DNA from: Planctomycetota bacterium
GTDB taxonomy: Bacteria > Planctomycetota > UBA1135 > UBA2386
DNA: 18,364 nucleotides
Assembly: GCA_947501605.1 (NCBI GenBank)
Contig: CANMWZ010000052.1
Span: 1 to 18,364 of the forward strand
Reading direction: 5' to 3'
Shown here in pieces: positions 17,394 through 18,364 of this stretch; position 1 is the first letter of the stretch; each line of letters starts with the position of its first letter. The notes beneath the pieces are model-generated. The model saw nothing but the letters and a program-made list of their open reading frames with translations, made no database searches and was not told where the DNA came from. A program made the translations under genes and the position numbers.

Positions 17394-18364
17394 GTGGCAG
17401 AAACCAAGAACGACCTCCTCTCGGCCCTGGCCGCCACTCTCGACGAGGAGCGCTCGTTTCTCGAAGTGCAGCTCGGCGAGTGCCCTTCCGGAGAGGCCGC
17501 CCAGATCGAGAAGCTGGTGAGCTTGGGGGCGATTTCCGAGGAGCAGGGGTATCGGGCATGGGCCGAACTGCTCGGGCTCGAGTTTCACACGCTCGATGAC
17601 CGCTCGCTCGACTCGAAGATGCGGCACAAGTTGCCGGTCGACGTGGCGCTGCGGCACCAGGCCGTCGTAGTCGCCCAGGCGACGGACATCCTCTCGGTGG
17701 CATTGAAGAACCCGTTCGACCTACTGGCGGTCGACGAGATCCAAGAAGCCACGGGCCTGTCGGTGCAGGTGGTGCTGGCGACGCCGAAGTCCATCACCAC
17801 GGCGCTTGAGCGTCAGCAACGAGGTTCCTCGGGCATCGAGGGTCTGATCCAGCGCCTGATGAAGTCGGAGATCGGCATCGACAGCGTGTCCGACGCCGAC
17901 AAGCTGCGTCGCATCGTCGGCGACGATGCCGTCGTCAAGCTCGTCGACCATCTGGTGGAAGAAGGGATGCGCGCCCGCGCGTCAGACATCCACGTCGAGC
18001 CACAGCGCGACGGGTTGCGCGTGCGCATCCGCGTCGACGGCGAGATGGACACGCTCTACACCCTGCCAGCGGGTCTACACCGCGCCGTGGTCGCGCGCAT
18101 CAAGGTGGCGAGCAACATGGACATCGGCGAGAGCCGCAAACCGCAGGACGGGCGCATCGCGGTTTCGGCCAAGGTCGAGTTGCGTGTGTCGGTGCTGCCG
18201 AGCGTGCTCGGCGAGAAGGCCGTCATGCGCGTGCTCGATCGAACGGGCGTGCGTCTCGATCCCGAGCGCCTCGAGATGTCGCCACACAATCTCGCGCTGT
18301 TCCGTCGCGGCTACACCGCACCAAACGGCATGTGTCTTCTCACCGGGCCGACCGGCTCGGGCAA
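17394..18364 (+). CDS. GspE/PilB/MshE secretion ATPase (3' truncated by window; absent from the ORF track)
   Basis: GTG at 17394 after an in-frame TGA at 17385, open to the window end. VALKNPFDLLAVDEI, VVKLVDHLVEEGMRARASDIHVEP, RIRVDG, RIKVASNMDIGESRKPQDGRI, ELRVSVLP..GEKAVMRVL, Walker A start LLTGPTGSG at the window edge. Confidence 0.95.
   Translation, partial: MAETKNDLLSALAATLDEERSFLEVQLGECPSGEAAQIEKLVSLGAISEEQGYRAWAELLGLEFHTLDDRSLDSKMRHKLPVDVALRHQAVVVAQATDILSVALKNPFDLLAVDEIQEATGLSVQVVLATPKSITTALERQQRGSSGIEGLIQRLMKSEIGIDSVSDADKLRRIVGDDAVVKLVDHLVEEGMRARASDIHVEPQRDGLRVRIRVDGEMDTLYTLPAGLHRAVVARIKVASNMDIGESRKPQDGRIAVSAKVELRVSVLPSVLGEKAVMRVLDRTGVRLDPERLEMSPHNLALFRRGYTAPNGMCLLTGPTGSG

Overview
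GC-rich bacterial DNA; the gene content (DUF1552, beta-sandwich surface protein, many prepilin-type genes) suggests a Planctomycetota-like host, which is inference only. There are three zones. (1) 1-846: the 3' end of a DUF1552 gene and a small TerB-like gene. (2) ~890-6900: an accessory island built from at least three degenerate IS91/ISCR-type rolling-circle transposon remnants. Two keep a near-identical ~250-bp oriIS-like end. Between them lie an AT-richer three-gene cassette (secreted 14-Cys protein with two CxxxC...CxC-type modules, a membrane-anchored multi-beta-sandwich protein, and a MauE/DoxX membrane protein), a DUF4132/DUF7737-like gene tail, and an AbiEii-like nucleotidyltransferase with a small partner gene. 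(3) 6959-18364: methylcrotonyl-CoA carboxylase beta subunit, DUF4262, and an MSHA/T2SS-like type IV filament cluster. The cluster has a lipoprotein secretin fused to TPRs, MshK-, PilO- and PilM/N-like proteins, three pilin-like proteins (two apparently with tandem pilin head domains), GspF/PilC, and a divergent GspE/PilB ATPase that runs off the window. The best novel-system candidate is the oriIS-bracketed disulfide-rich protein/MauE cassette. All family assignments come from motif recognition by eye; no searches were run.
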